Shown: positions 1-12,250 of the stretch, one piece after another
How positions within the stretch are numbered: position 1 is the first letter of the stretch
How the letters are laid out: each line of letters opens with the position of its first letter
Assembly (NCBI RefSeq): GCF_006345805.1
Contig: NC_043005.1
Location: 88,164,001-88,228,000, forward strand
Length of the DNA stretch: 64,000 nt
Source: Octopus sinensis
Taxonomy: Eukaryota
Direction of reading: 5' to 3'
Notes under the pieces: model-generated
What the model was told of the DNA's origin: nothing
The model's input: the letters and a program-made list of their open reading frames with translations, nothing else
Databases searched by the model: none
Translations under genes and position numbers: made by a program

Positions 1-59
1 AGACGTGTGACGAAAGATTTCCGGACAATGGAAATACCCTTGTGATGGCTTCCAAAAGA

Positions 60-875
60 AAGAATTCTGAGATGCTAAGCAGGGATAAGAAGAAATGTAA
101 AGCAATTACTTTAGAAGTAAAATACGAATTGATTAAACAACACAAAAAAAGGTGCAACTGTTAAAGATTTATCAAAAACAAAAAATTGATATGGTTCCTT
201 TATCTGTTTGTACCATCTTGAAGTAAAAGGAAGATTATTTAAATAAAGTTAAAGGAAGTGACTCTCTAAATTCAACTTGGTCACGATGAAAAGATAATGA
301 AAGTTTAATTTCACGCACAGAAAACCTTTTGACATTGGATAAACCATCAAATTCATAGACTTCATATGCCACTTAGTCAGGCTATAACTTGCAGTAAAAC
401 AATTTCCCTTTATAACTCGCTTAAGGATAAATCAGATGGATTAAATTAAACATTTGTGGCGAGCAATGATTCGTTCGATTATTTCAAAAAACGAGCAAAT
501 CTACACAATGTGAAAATCCAAGGAGAACCGTCTGGCGCAGATCAAAAAGCTGCAGAAACTTTTCCTCGCCAATTAAAAGATTTGATTGAAGAAGAAGGCT
601 TTATACTGTCTCTAATATTTCATGTGGATGAGAGGGGCCTATTTTGGAAACGAATGCCTTCAAGGACTTTTATTGCGGGGATTTATTGCCAGAATTCAAA
701 GCTGGGAGGATATTGTGAAGGGGACTGCACACTCAAGCCCATGCTTATTTATCGATCTGAAAACCCCGTGCTTTAAAAGGAATTGATAAGACGAAACTTC
801 CTGTAATCTGGAAGCAAAACTAAAAAGCTTTGATGACAGGACAGGAACTCTATTTGAAGATTGGTTTTCAAATAT
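60..875 (+). mobile_element. Degenerate Tigger/pogo DNA transposon (CENP-B HTH + DDE_1 transposase fragments)
   Basis: Frameshifted translation gives KAITLEVKYELIKQH, FHVDERGLFWKRMPSRTFI, LKPMLIYRSENP, KLPVIWKQN and TLFEDWFSN, in Tigger transposase order. Confidence 0.75.
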
Positions 876-898
876 ACAAGGATCAGTTAATTGTGATT

Positions 899-1770
899 TT
901 ACCCAACATATTCACCGCCCAGATCCACACACATATTGCGGCAGTCCTTCAGTTTTATGTAAGCCCTGTAAAAAGAAATCAAAATGCTGGGCCTCCAACC
1001 AAGCGTCTCTAGAAAAGATCCCACCCAAATTAGTGTGAAATTTTGTTCACTTTAGGACTTTCTTCAGTTGTGGACGGAGGTGGTAGTCGGAGGGGGCCAA
1101 GTCAAGGTGGATGGTCTACCTATTCGAAGCCCAAATCGCATGTTTTCTGTTGTTTCAAGTGTTGTGAGTGTTTTAGTATGACAGAATCATTGCTGCACCA
1201 GACAAAATGCTTAGTGGCATTTCTTCTGGTTTGTGTTCTGGGTTCAAATCCTGACATGGTCGTTTTTGCCTTTCATTCTTTCACGATCAAACTAAAGAAC
1301 CAGTCAAGCACTGGGTTCAATGTAATGTTCCGTATGATCAAATGGTTCCTTGCTCCGACTTTCAGTGGGGTCACAAGTTCACATGTGGTCCCCAGTCACA
1401 TGCACACATACACTTTGGGATAGTGGGATCCATAACAGCTCATCTTGCTGTTGATTGTTGACCATCGCAGAGGATCCACTGACCAAGTCTCTGCCAATTA
1501 TTGAAGAAGACATAGCCTGGGTTTCAAGGGGATTCCTAAAGACATGCTGCAAAAAAAGCTAAGGGGTCACTCACTCCTTGTGGGTTTCCAGCATGCTGGG
1601 TAGCAACCCACAATTTGTGAGGGCCTGTGCTTTCTGAATGTGACTGGGTAGATGAAAACTGTAGTGAAGCCCACTTATAGAAATTATGTACAGCTGAGTC
1701 AGCCATTGTGTCCTTTGGATTTTACCAGAGAATTATATTGAGGGTCCACATGTCTGTGAAATACCGAAAA
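899..1770 (-). mobile_element. Degenerate mariner transposase remnant, interrupted by a SINE
   Basis: Minus strand gives DHPP..LAPSDYHL (mariner YSPDLAPSDY motif), then WLEAQHFDFFLQGLHKLKDCRNMCVDLGGEYV; a GQTIN-like piece lies near 1450. The upstream part is highly decayed. Confidence 0.6.
1165..1330 (+). mobile_element. tRNA-headed SINE family A, diverged copy
   Basis: Alignable by eye to 2357-2577 (GCAGAATC...GGTTCAAATCC B-box-like...TTTGCCTTTCAT). Confidence 0.55.
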
Positions 1771-1826
1771 GGATTTTTTTGTTGTTTTTACTTAAGAATT
1801 CTGTCTTTTATCTTTTTCTTTTTCAG

Positions 1827-2008
1827 CCCATCAATGGATGTTAACTGCCAGTTCGATATTAGGCCGTATGTTTAGCACTGCAGCTTTTGGAATCGTGTTT
1901 TTATACACTTTGGAATTATATCCAACTTGTATAAGAAATGGTGCATTGGGGACTATGTCCACCTTTGCCCGTGTTGGCGGCGCTTTGGCACCTTACACTC
2001 TCAATTTT
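1827..2008 (+). CDS. SLC22/organic cation transporter-like gene 1, internal exon (TM10-TM11 region)
   Basis: TTTCAG acceptor (AG 1825-26), GTAAGT donor at 2009; encodes GRMFSTAAFGIVFLYTLELYPTCIRNGALGTMSTFARVGGALAPY, with the SLC22 ELYPT..R and ARVG motifs. Confidence 0.93.
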
Positions 2009-2356
2009 GTAAGTATTTAAATTCTTTCAAACTTGCTATTTGTTTTGTTGTTCGCCCCTTTTGTTAGTCCATCCATCGTGGAACCAGCACAACTAGTAAA
2101 GAGACAGAGCTAGGCTTATCTTTCTGTGGATTTACATAACATACGAATAAGGAAATATTATCCATCAGACCAGGCACAATGGCTATAAACCTTTTCTTAC
2201 CGTATTTGAGATGAAATACACTGTATTTGTTTCAAAGAATTTAGTAAAATAGCTAAGCCTTTTGTTACCACATTTCTGAAATACACAGCCTTTGTTTTAA
2301 TTAATTTTGAAATAACGAAGAATTTAGTGGAATAACTTTGTTATTATTAAGCTGCT

Positions 2357-2577
2357 ACTTCAGGTGGTGAGATGGCAGAATCATTAACAGACTGGAACAA
2401 ATTCTTGGCAGCATTTCGTCCGTCTTTACATTCTGAGTTGAAATTCCACTGAGGTCAACTTTGCCTTTCATCCTTTCGGAATCGATAAAATAGGTACCAG
2501 TTAGATATTGGGGTTGATGTAGTTGACCTACCCCAACTCCCTCGAAATTGCTGGCCTTGTGCCAAAAATTGAATCTC
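2357..2577 (+). mobile_element. tRNA-headed SINE family A with 13-bp target-site duplication
   Basis: GGTGGTGAGATGGCAGAATC head and GAGTTGAAATTCC B-box-like motif; TTATTAAGCTGCT directly repeated at 2344-2356 and 2578-2590. Confidence 0.8.
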
Positions 2578-3411
2578 TTATTAAGCTGCTGCTTGGAACC
2601 TAAATCTGATGTGCAATTTTTATTATCACCGTAAAACAGAAAGTTTGTTTCATAGGACCTACTTTGGTCGGCAGCAAGTTGGTTTAGATTAAATTATAGT
2701 AATTTAGCTTAACTTAAGTATATGATTTATTTTTAGTATTTTTATTAATTGGACTTTTATTTTTCCAGTAAAGATACATTATAGTTTATTAAAATTATTC
2801 TCAAAACTAAAATATATCTTCACAGATAAAATAAATATTTCTATATATTTATTCATTTTTTTACCATAGGTTTTTAACGTGATAAATGTATTATAGACAC
2901 CTGATCCTACTTTTTAAGTTTCAAATTTAGCTAACGGAGTTTCTTCTATAAGAAGAATCATGATTTTATTTCTTTAAGAAATATTGTTTAATTCTATTTG
3001 ATTATTTATTAAAAATATGTATTTATTTAACTATTAATGTTATTATTGTTGACCTGATGAGTGACTATACTTTTAAATTGAATTGTTTTGGGATTAAATT
3101 TAAATTTAATTGTAATTCGAATTGAAGTTATAGCCACGAACTATAAGTAGTCTTTTTATTATATAATGTTTATTCATTATTATGTACTTTTTATGATCTA
3201 GGTATGTGTTTTATAATATATTTTAATTTTTCTATATGATATGTTTTATGTCTATCATTGTTTGAATTATATAATAGTGGTTTTTCTTTAACGTATATAT
3301 ATTATATATTTATATTGTGAAATTTGATTTAATACAAAATTGAATTTCCCCCGTAAGTTTGGAGCTATACTCCCTAATATTGTATTTATATATTTATATA
3401 TATATATATAT

Positions 3412-3531
3412 AGTAAATTCTCCCCCCAAAATGAAGAAAAATCAGAAGAATAGAACTACAACGCAAGGATGTGGTACAAGCAACGTATACACACACACAC
3501 ACACACACAAATATATATATGTATATTTATA

Positions 3532-3619
<88 letters not shown>

Positions 3620-3840
3620 AATCCCCCACTAAAAAACGAAGAACAAGCGCGAGAAGAAACAACAACGCGAGGACTTGGTACATGCAAAGTATTAACAGAC
3701 ACTCAGGAAAGAAATAAAAGATGGTTTTACGTTTCGAGGAAAGCTCTTCGTCAGAAACAGGAGTCAGAGAAAAGTCCAATTGAAAAGGAAGACGGAGGAA
3801 AAAATCGCCAACGATCCGTATGTGGTTACATTTTTAAAAT
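3412..3840 (-). mobile_element. Penelope-like pseudo-LTR remnant in (TA)n, with partial tandem duplication
   Basis: 3412-3490 is a diverged copy of 3616-3690; contains a minimal hammerhead at 3724-3758; related to 45037-45222. Confidence 0.5.
3724..3758 (-). ncRNA. Minimal type I hammerhead ribozyme fold
   Basis: Minus strand GTTT-CTGACGA-A-GAG ctttc CTC-GAA-ACGT-A-AAAC: intact core, 4-bp stem I, 3-bp stem II, palindromic ACGT stem III. Confidence 0.6.
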
Positions 3841-3842
3841 GA

Positions 3843-3896
<54 letters not shown>

Positions 3897-3926
3897 CATA
3901 AAGGTGTCAGTTCTCGTTTATATATA

Positions 3927-4081
3927 GGTACAGGAGTTGCTGTGTGGTTAAGTAGGTTGCTTACCAACCACATGGATCTGGGTTCAGTCCCACTGCATGG
4001 CAAGTGCCTTCTACTATATCCTCGGGCTGACCAAAGCCTTGTGAGTGGATTTTGTAGACGGAAACTGAAAGAACCCCGTCG

Positions 4082-4115
<34 letters not shown>

Positions 4116-4361
4116 TGTATGTATGTATGTATGTATGTGTGTGTATATGTTTGTGTATATGTGTTTGTCACCCCGCATCGCTTGACAACCGATGCTGGTG
4201 TGTATTTACGTCCCCGTAACTTAGCAGTTCGGCAAAAGAGACCGATAGAATAAGTACTAGGCTTATAAAGAATAAAATCCTGGTGTCGATTTACTCGACT
4301 ACAGGCTGTGCTCCAGCATGGCCGCAGTCAAATGACTGAAACAAGTAAAAGAGGAAAAGAG
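3927..4361 (+). mobile_element. SINE family B (tRNA-like head, CORE-like CTTGGGCAAG box, internal microsatellite)
   Basis: Head GGAGTTGCTGTGTGGTT...GGGTTCAGTCCCACTGC, tail CCAGCATGGCCGCAGTCAAATGACTGAAACAAGTAAAAGAG; about ten related copies in the window. Confidence 0.85.
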
Positions 4362-4455
4362 TATATATATATATATTGCCCTCAGGAGACTAAACATAGA
4401 GGGTACAAACAAGGGCAGACAAAGGGATTAAGTCGATTATATCGAACCCAGTGCG

Positions 4456-5237
4456 TATATGCAGTTTTCTTGTGCTTCCTATGTACGCATTAATTGCAAC
4501 AGATGGAGGGCCTTTCAATGCAATTTCTCATATGAATGTTATTTTCTGCCATAACTTTTAAATTTCTGAACTGATTTTCTTGAAATTTTATACGTAGATG
4601 GAATATGCGTTAAGGATAGGTTGAGACAAGGCCACTAAAACAAAGCGTATGATGATTTTTGATTAACTGATTAAAGAAATTTGGCCCAAATTGTTGTGGG
4701 ATTAAAATGTTCATCAATTATTTCAGCATTCCCAGGTTGCTGTAACATGTATTTTCTTAACACCTGCATTTAAAATTATCGATTCTAAGCGTTGCAACAT
4801 TGTGTGCTAAATATGCAACATGTAAGTTCTTAACACCTGCACTTAAACTTGCCGGTTCTAAGCGTTGCAATCGATTTTTGTTCCTCACGATCAGTGGAAC
4901 TATATTCATGAAACACAGTCGTCAAATTAAGTACCTTTTCTCTAAATAGTTTTTGTTTACTTTTCAAACTTTTATGTCCTTTTTTTTCATAGCACTCCTT
5001 TACAATTCCCTTCTTGGTGTTTCCATTGATTATTTATTTGCAGCTTTCCACTCATCTGACCAAACGATTGTCATTTTCCGATTCCACACGTATTTATTTG
5101 TATTGTTGTTTCCTGAATGAATTTGCTTGCGCCTTCTATTATCTGTCCTATATCTTGATTTCGTTTTTCGTCTGAGAGGTATTGTAATGGTTACTGAGAA
5201 TATACCCACTCTCGGGTAATACCGGGTACCTCAGCTA

Positions 5238-5238
<1 letters not shown>
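4456..5238 (+). mobile_element. Non-autonomous Helitron (3' end clear, 5' end uncertain)
   Basis: Ends in TACCC actctc GGGTA hairpin...CAG-CTAG|T (5235-5238) directly at a (TA)n array. Confidence 0.5.
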
Positions 5239-5307
<69 letters not shown>

Positions 5308-5490
5308 GTGTGTGTGTGTGGTGTGTGTGTGTGTGTGTGTGTGTCTGTCTGTGTCTGCTGAAATTAGCACAGAATGGGAACAACTTTGACCATAAGTATG
5401 CTTATTCAGTAATGATCTGGGGCCAAAAGTCAACAATAGTAACAAAATAAATAAAACATATTTTTAATTTGCTGTGTTTTTTTCTTTCAG

Positions 5491-5654
5491 TCAGATTTGG
5501 TTTCTGGCAAGGTTGGTCGAATACTGCCGATGGTTCTTATGGGAGCACTTTCCATAATAGCGGGGCTATTGTCATTGTTGTTACCCGAAACAAACAACCG
5601 GAAAATGATGGACAACTTCAGAGATTTGACCAAATCTGGACAACTGGAGTTAGT
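5491..5654 (+). CDS. SLC22-like gene 1, penultimate coding exon (TM12, LPET motif)
   Basis: TTTCTTTCAG acceptor in phase 0 matches the previous exon; encodes SDLVSGKVGRILPMVLMGALSIIAGLLSLLLPETNNRKMMDNFRDL; phase-2 donors at 5649 (GTTAGT) or 5655 (GTACGT). Confidence 0.9.
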
Positions 5655-6049
5655 GTACGTGTCTCTTAAAGGATTTAAACACCATGATCACCATCATCAT
5701 TGTTAGCATTATTATCGTTGTCATCACTAACATTATTGTCAGCATTAACATTATCATAACAATCACTATAAGCAACATAGTAATTATCATCATCATAATA
5801 ATAAACCAAGAAGCAAGACTTTAATCGATCATTCGACCTGCTAGAAATTACAGTCTGTCACCTGAAAGAAAAAGGAAGGACACATTGAATATTGAGGGAC
5901 AATGGCCAGAAAACAAAGCCAGTTACTTTGGAACAATGTCCTGGGAAGGAAAGATTAGCTGCTGCGGTTAGCAGTGCAGTAGCATGGGCAAAACTGTGGA
6001 TCTAGACAAAAACTTCTTAGAGGCACAAAATTCCAAAAGAAAAATTAAA

Positions 6050-6712
<663 letters not shown>

Positions 6713-6996
6713 ATATAAAAATTTAAAAATAACCCATTTTCGCCATTTACTGAGAATGTGATTGCTTTACCCCCTTTTGTTGGCTGCCCTTGCAATGTCA
6801 CTGGTGTTTAATGCAGGGCAATGAAGGGTGGACACTGTATGAGTGAAAAGAGGAGCAGAATAGGAGTGAGTCAGTGATACTTGAATGGATATGAGCTGAG
6901 ACTAGCTAACTCCCAGGAGCAGCAGCAGTGGCAGGGAAGGTTTGTGCAACAATAACATCATTGATTTAAAAAGATCCTTAATCATCGTCGTCGTCG

Positions 6997-7041
<45 letters not shown>

Positions 7042-7202
7042 CCATCATCTTGCCCAACGTCATCTGCATCATTTGCATCATCAGCCGAAGCAATATCATC
7101 CTCCTCCACTTCCTCATTATCATCATATTTCAAATATTAAACATTATTGTGCTAAATGTCTGATTGGCTCTTTCCTCTTTTTCTTTCTTTCTTCCCTTCC
7201 AG

Positions 7203-7281
7203 TACTAAAACTGATGCAATTCTCAAGGAAGAAACTCACCCTATGAAACCGGGACAATCTGCAGAGGGAATAAAATCTTAA
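7203..7281 (+). CDS. SLC22-like gene 1, probable last coding exon
   Basis: About 30-nt pure pyrimidine tract plus CCAG (AG 7201-02); phase 2 fits both upstream donors; reads TKTDAILKEETHPMKPGQSAEGIKS-TAA. No sequence motif, so support is splice geometry only. Confidence 0.7.
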
Positions 7282-7550
7282 TGTACGTATGTATGTATGT
7301 ATATACGTATGTATATATCTATGTATGTATGTACGTACTACGCATGAGTGTGTATGTATGTCTGTGTGTATATAGATATATGTATGTGAGCACACATACA
7401 CACAGAGTTAGACCGAGAGACAGACAGAGAGATAGAGAGACAGATGGATATATCATAAAAGTGGACACAAGAAATGATACTAATGCACTATAGGATTGTA
7501 AGTGCATATGCTTATATGTGTGTGAGCGTGTGTGTGTGTGTATATATAAT

Positions 7551-7582
<32 letters not shown>

Positions 7583-7594
7583 CGCACATACATA

Positions 7595-7626
<32 letters not shown>

Positions 7627-9215
7627 CTAGTATCATGACCCGTCGTTGCCGGGTCATAGTGCTTGTGCATTTATATATGTGTATATATATGTGTACATAT
7701 TACATGTACATCTATATATATACATCTACACATAAAATACAAAATACAACGTTATATCTTGATATCGCTAGTGATAACAATACTCAAAATATATAACAGA
7801 CTGGAATTGAAGGCCCGTCTCTTGAAATATCGATCAATTGTATCTTGTCTTCCCTCTTGTATAGAAGTGTGGCTACAATCCAGCCTACCTCTACTTCTGG
7901 GGGGACATTTTAAATTTTTATCCGGGACGTCCTATGTCCCAGATATAAAGGCAAAAATAAAATATTTCCACTTTGCAAGATTCGAGTCGAGTACTCCTTT
8001 GCACGCTCCGTTGACTCGAACCTTGCTTCTATTGTGGCTAATTTACCGCTTCTGGTTAGATACTTGATATCTTTCATAGTCGCACCAAGACACTTTTCAA
8101 TGGTACTTTCCTCCAGGTGTTCAAATCTTTTTTTTTCTATACATTGTATACTTTATAGACAATAGTCGTTCCTTTAATTTAATTTTTTATTTCGTTTGGT
8201 GGTGTTATCCTAGATTCACCGTCTTTGTTGGTGATCAATCCGAAATAGGTTTGTATTTCTTGCATTTTAATTTTAATGAGTTCGCGCCCGCCGACGGCTG
8301 CAGCGAAATTCATTTTTGGACTTTCTTCTATCGAAGACATTTTAACAAAAATGCTTCCGTATAAACGGTGAAAATATTGTCAATTTCCCTAAACATGGAC
8401 ACAATTCAATTTTTAAACAATAACCAAAGCTCCTTTTCCCAGAGGGGGAGGGTTACGGTTTACAATTATTTAACAAATGCAACACAACAACGCTTCCCTT
8501 ACGAGGAACCAACATACGTGATAACAATAGTTAAACCGCAATAATAATAACAACAAACCTTACGGTGAATCAAAAGGAAGTACTCAGTTGAAGCTATAGT
8601 CCTTTATGGATGAGAAATAAACCAACAGCAGTACTCAGTAGAAGCGGCTGTTCGAGAAAACAGACATTACAAACAGCCAAACTTCATATAGATACTTACT
8701 GCTAGCTAATTAGCAAATAATCTAATGTGAAAGCCGTGGTAAAGGGTATGTGCACAGCTCCATCTGGACTATTCCATTTTATTTATGTTTTATTCCCATT
8801 CATGTGAAACCACTTATTCAAGTCATTGATGCAATTTTATACCAATTGCTATTTTTACTTTTAATTGTTATGTTACGATTTAATTATTATATTATACTTT
8901 AGTTTGATTTTAATTATTACTTACTACATATAATTCAGTTGTTATTATTATCTCTAATTTTTATTGTTAAAGTGAAAGTATCTGACATAAAATAGAGAAA
9001 TGTTTTTGTTTCACTTTTAACACGTAATACTGAAATAATGGAGAAGATATGATATTGCTATGGGCTCGCCCAAGGCAAGAATTTGAACAGTTTTTGCCCA
9101 TGAAACTACATGGACCCTAAGTAAGGCATGTGTAAAATTTGAATGAAATTGGTTGTGTAGTTCTTAAGTTTTAGGGAAACACACAGACACACATTCTCAG
9201 TTTTATATATATAGA
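7627..9215 (-). mobile_element. Non-autonomous Helitron carrying a captured LINE 5'UTR + ORF1 fragment (copy a)
   Basis: Minus-strand 5' end A|TCTATATATATAAAACTGAG at 9215; 3' end CTAG|T at 7627 with 8-bp hairpin ATGACCCG/CGGGTCAT (7635-7657); 7796-9215 is repeated at 34328-35786. Confidence 0.75.
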
Positions 9216-9229
9216 TATACGCACTACGC

Positions 9230-9285
<56 letters not shown>

Positions 9286-9682
9286 TAGCTAGGTGTAAAT
9301 GACCTAAGGGAAATTAAATATCCGATGAATTATGAATTTACTGGTTTACATTATCTATATTCTATATTAATAGCAATGTTATTCCAACAGGTAAATAAAA
9401 AATGAATATACAGTTTATTTATAAATATAAATAACAAATGGAAAACAAAACAATAATTTGAACAATTAGAAATTCAATTCAATTTAAATATTTTATCCAA
9501 ACACATGGCACATACCAAGAATTACAGCTGTTTCCGCTTCATTAATAAAAGGAAGTTTTTTCTAGAATAATCAAATCTGTTTGAATATGTAATGATGCTT
9601 CATCAAATAGTCATATATGCTTAAATATTTAGATTAAACTGAATTTATAATTGTTCAATTTATTGATTTGTTCTCCATTTCT

Positions 9683-9730
<48 letters not shown>

Positions 9731-9986
9731 TGTGTGTGTGTTTATGTGCGTGTGTGTGCGTTTGTATACGTATGGGTATGTGTTTGTGTGTATGTGCGCG
9801 CGCGTGTTTGAGTGTGTGCGTGTGCTTGTGTGTATGTGTATGTTGAAAGACCATGGTAATATTTATATATGATCAAATGTTTGGAGGCGTGCTGTTAGCT
9901 AGAAACTCGTTGACTCGAATTTGATGTTTGTTCTCTGACCAATGTTTTTTTATATATGTATGTATATATATAAATATGTGTATATA

Positions 9987-10071
<85 letters not shown>

Positions 10072-10131
10072 AAATATATATGTATGTGTATTTATAGGTA
10101 TATCTGTCTGTATACATATACATGTATATAT

Positions 10132-10718
10132 AAAATATATACATACAATATTCGATATGTACATATATATACACAAGGATACTACATGAGTACCTATATC
10201 GCTAAACAGTAAAAAATACCTCTGTACCACCGAATAGTCACAAATCTATTACAGACATGATAGGAAAAAATATCAGTGAACAATAATGATGTCTTACCTC
10301 TACTGGATCAGAACAAGTAAATGCTGGTCAACCTGGTACCGGTTTCGAAATTTAGCGCCAAATAGGTGCCTGATTTTTCATCAGCCAAGGTCTGCCAGCT
10401 AAATTACTACTAACATTTTCCCCCACCATGTCTGCAAAAGTTTGTTTGAAGTCACAAAGCACTATAGGAACAAACGAAATTTGTAGAAATTATAAATAAA
10501 TATAGGGATGATATTATTAAAATACCATCACGAGTGGTAAGCGAATTATCAGCCGAACAGACAAATTAATAAAATATATACATACAATATTAGATATGTA
10601 CATATATATATACACAAGGGTACTACATGAGTACCTATATCGCTAAAAACAAAAGTCAAAAATACTTCTGCACCACCGAATAGTCACAAATCTATTACAG
10701 ACATGATAGGAAAAATAT
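10132..10718. repeat. Two ~145-bp direct repeats (10132-10273, 10571-10718) flanking a hammerhead; probable PLE pseudo-LTR
   Basis: Shared text TACTACATGAGTACCTATATCGCTAAA...CACCGAATAGTCACAAATCTATTACAGACATGATAGGAAAAA in both. Confidence 0.7.
10332..10390 (-). ncRNA. Type I hammerhead ribozyme fold with extended stem II
   Basis: CCTTGG-CTGATGA-(31 nt)-GAA-ACCGGT-A-CCAGG: canonical core, 5-bp stem I, palindromic ACCGGT stem III; A.C mismatch at the base of stem II. Confidence 0.55.
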
Positions 10719-10789
10719 TTTTAATATCAGTAGAGTATAAATCTTGACATGACAGAGTTGATCAATATCCACACTAGTTAATATGTCAG

Positions 10790-11230
10790 CATTATCAAAT
10801 CAAAGCTGCTGACATATGGTATAATCACCATCCTGAGGCTGGAACTGAGGGAGAAAACGTAACGGTCCTTTGGCTCTTTCCTGTATGTACAGACCAGAAC
10901 ATCAAAGCTAATTGACTAGATATTGTTGTGAAAGACCAAAACGATAATTTCTGGTTACTGGTTGACATGAGCATACCTTGTGATCATAATATCTTGGCAA
11001 AAAAGCTTGATAAGCTCAGAAAATATAAAGATTTCCTGATTGGAATTGAAAAACATGTGGCATCTCAAGACAGTTACAATACCAGAAATTGTAGGAAAAC
11101 TTGGAATGATTAAAAAGGGAACTGAAAGCGATTGGCGGATAATCCCTGGCTTACCACCCTTGCAGGAAGTGCAAAAGTTTGTCTTAACTAGTAACTGGTC
11201 ACAAGTATTGAGAATAACATTGTTGCTCTT
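10790..11230 (+). mobile_element. 3' fragment of an RLE-type (R4/Dong-like) LINE
   Basis: WYNHHPE...VLW...DIVVKDQN...LLVDMSIPCDHNI...KLRKYKD...MWHLKTVTIPEIVGKLGMI; homologous to the C-terminus of the 18-22 kb element; (AAT)n follows downstream. Confidence 0.75.
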
Positions 11231-11450
11231 TCCTTTTCTTTTCCCCTTTTATTGTCTTTGTTTCCTCTTTTTCATTTTTTCTTTATTCTCCTTCTTTCCC
11301 CTGTCTTTCTTCCCTTTTTTCTGTCTCATGACTTTGTAAATGAACAATCTGATGTGTTTATTTTGATGGCCTGCCAATGTATACAATGAGTTTCTTTGCT
11401 CTAGGTGCTAGGAAGACACTCAGCAAGAATTGAAGACGAAATTCAAAGAA

Positions 11451-11451
11451 G

Positions 11452-11515
<64 letters not shown>

Positions 11516-11549
11516 TAATAATAACAATAATAATAATAGTAACAACGAC

Positions 11550-11611
<62 letters not shown>

Positions 11612-11640
11612 TCACAATAATAATTTTAATAATAACAACT
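11451..11640. repeat. (AAT)n microsatellite
   Basis: Direct reading. Confidence 0.95.
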
Positions 11641-11699
11641 AATATACTAAATAGAAAACAACAACAATAGCAATGATAGTAATGATAATAATATAAATA

Positions 11700-12250
11700 G
11701 AATAATTTCATAAGGGTTAAGTAGGTGAAGAAAACCTGTAGAGGATCTTCCAAGGGTAACTTCTCTGACATTTGTCTGGGAAGTTAGGATTGGTTATCAT
11801 CAACACAAACACCACCATCAACAACAATAAATGCCTTTGATCTTCGGTCTATGAGCATTGATTTGAGGCTAAATACCCACTACAATACAATTAGCAAGAA
11901 CAATAAAACTCCTAAAACACACACACACACATTGCAAGAACCACGTTTTGATGCCCACAACAACTGATACAGTATAGAGGAAGAGCAACTGTCAAACTCT
12001 GACCAAGTCCACCTTTCCCATTTCACAATGGCTACCACAAGAACATAGAGGGTAGACTGGACAGTGGAAAGAGAAAAGCATGTCCACACTGCAACATTTC
12101 ACCCCTTATGTTAAACCATGTCAAATCCTGATGACCATCCAAACAGTGTCTAGATGATTCCCATAAATGTGCCACCCAACATTTGCCAGTGACCGGCCAC
12201 CTGCGTTTGTCCGTAAGGGTTGAATTAAGGGTCCAATTCAAGCACCTTAT
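11700..12250 (-). mobile_element. Possible Tx1/L1-like ORF2 C-terminal remnant
   Basis: Weak: EMLQCGHAFLF and LLWASKRG resemble the C-terminal CCHC region; adjoins a (TTA)n tract. Confidence 0.3.

Noticed and set aside
3359-3901. Long ORFs of IY/YI, poly-N, poly-I, poly-E or poly-K type here and throughout the ORF track
   Set aside because: They are translations of stop-free (TA)n, (AAT)n and (GAA)n microsatellites.
3927-4010. tRNA-like A/B boxes in SINE heads
   Set aside because: No cloverleaf or acceptor stem; they continue into SINE bodies, so they are not tRNA genes.
9521-9548. GAAACAGCTGTA half-hammerhead on minus
   Set aside because: Core reads TTAATGA, stem II is essentially absent and stem I does not pair; at most a dead PLE remnant.
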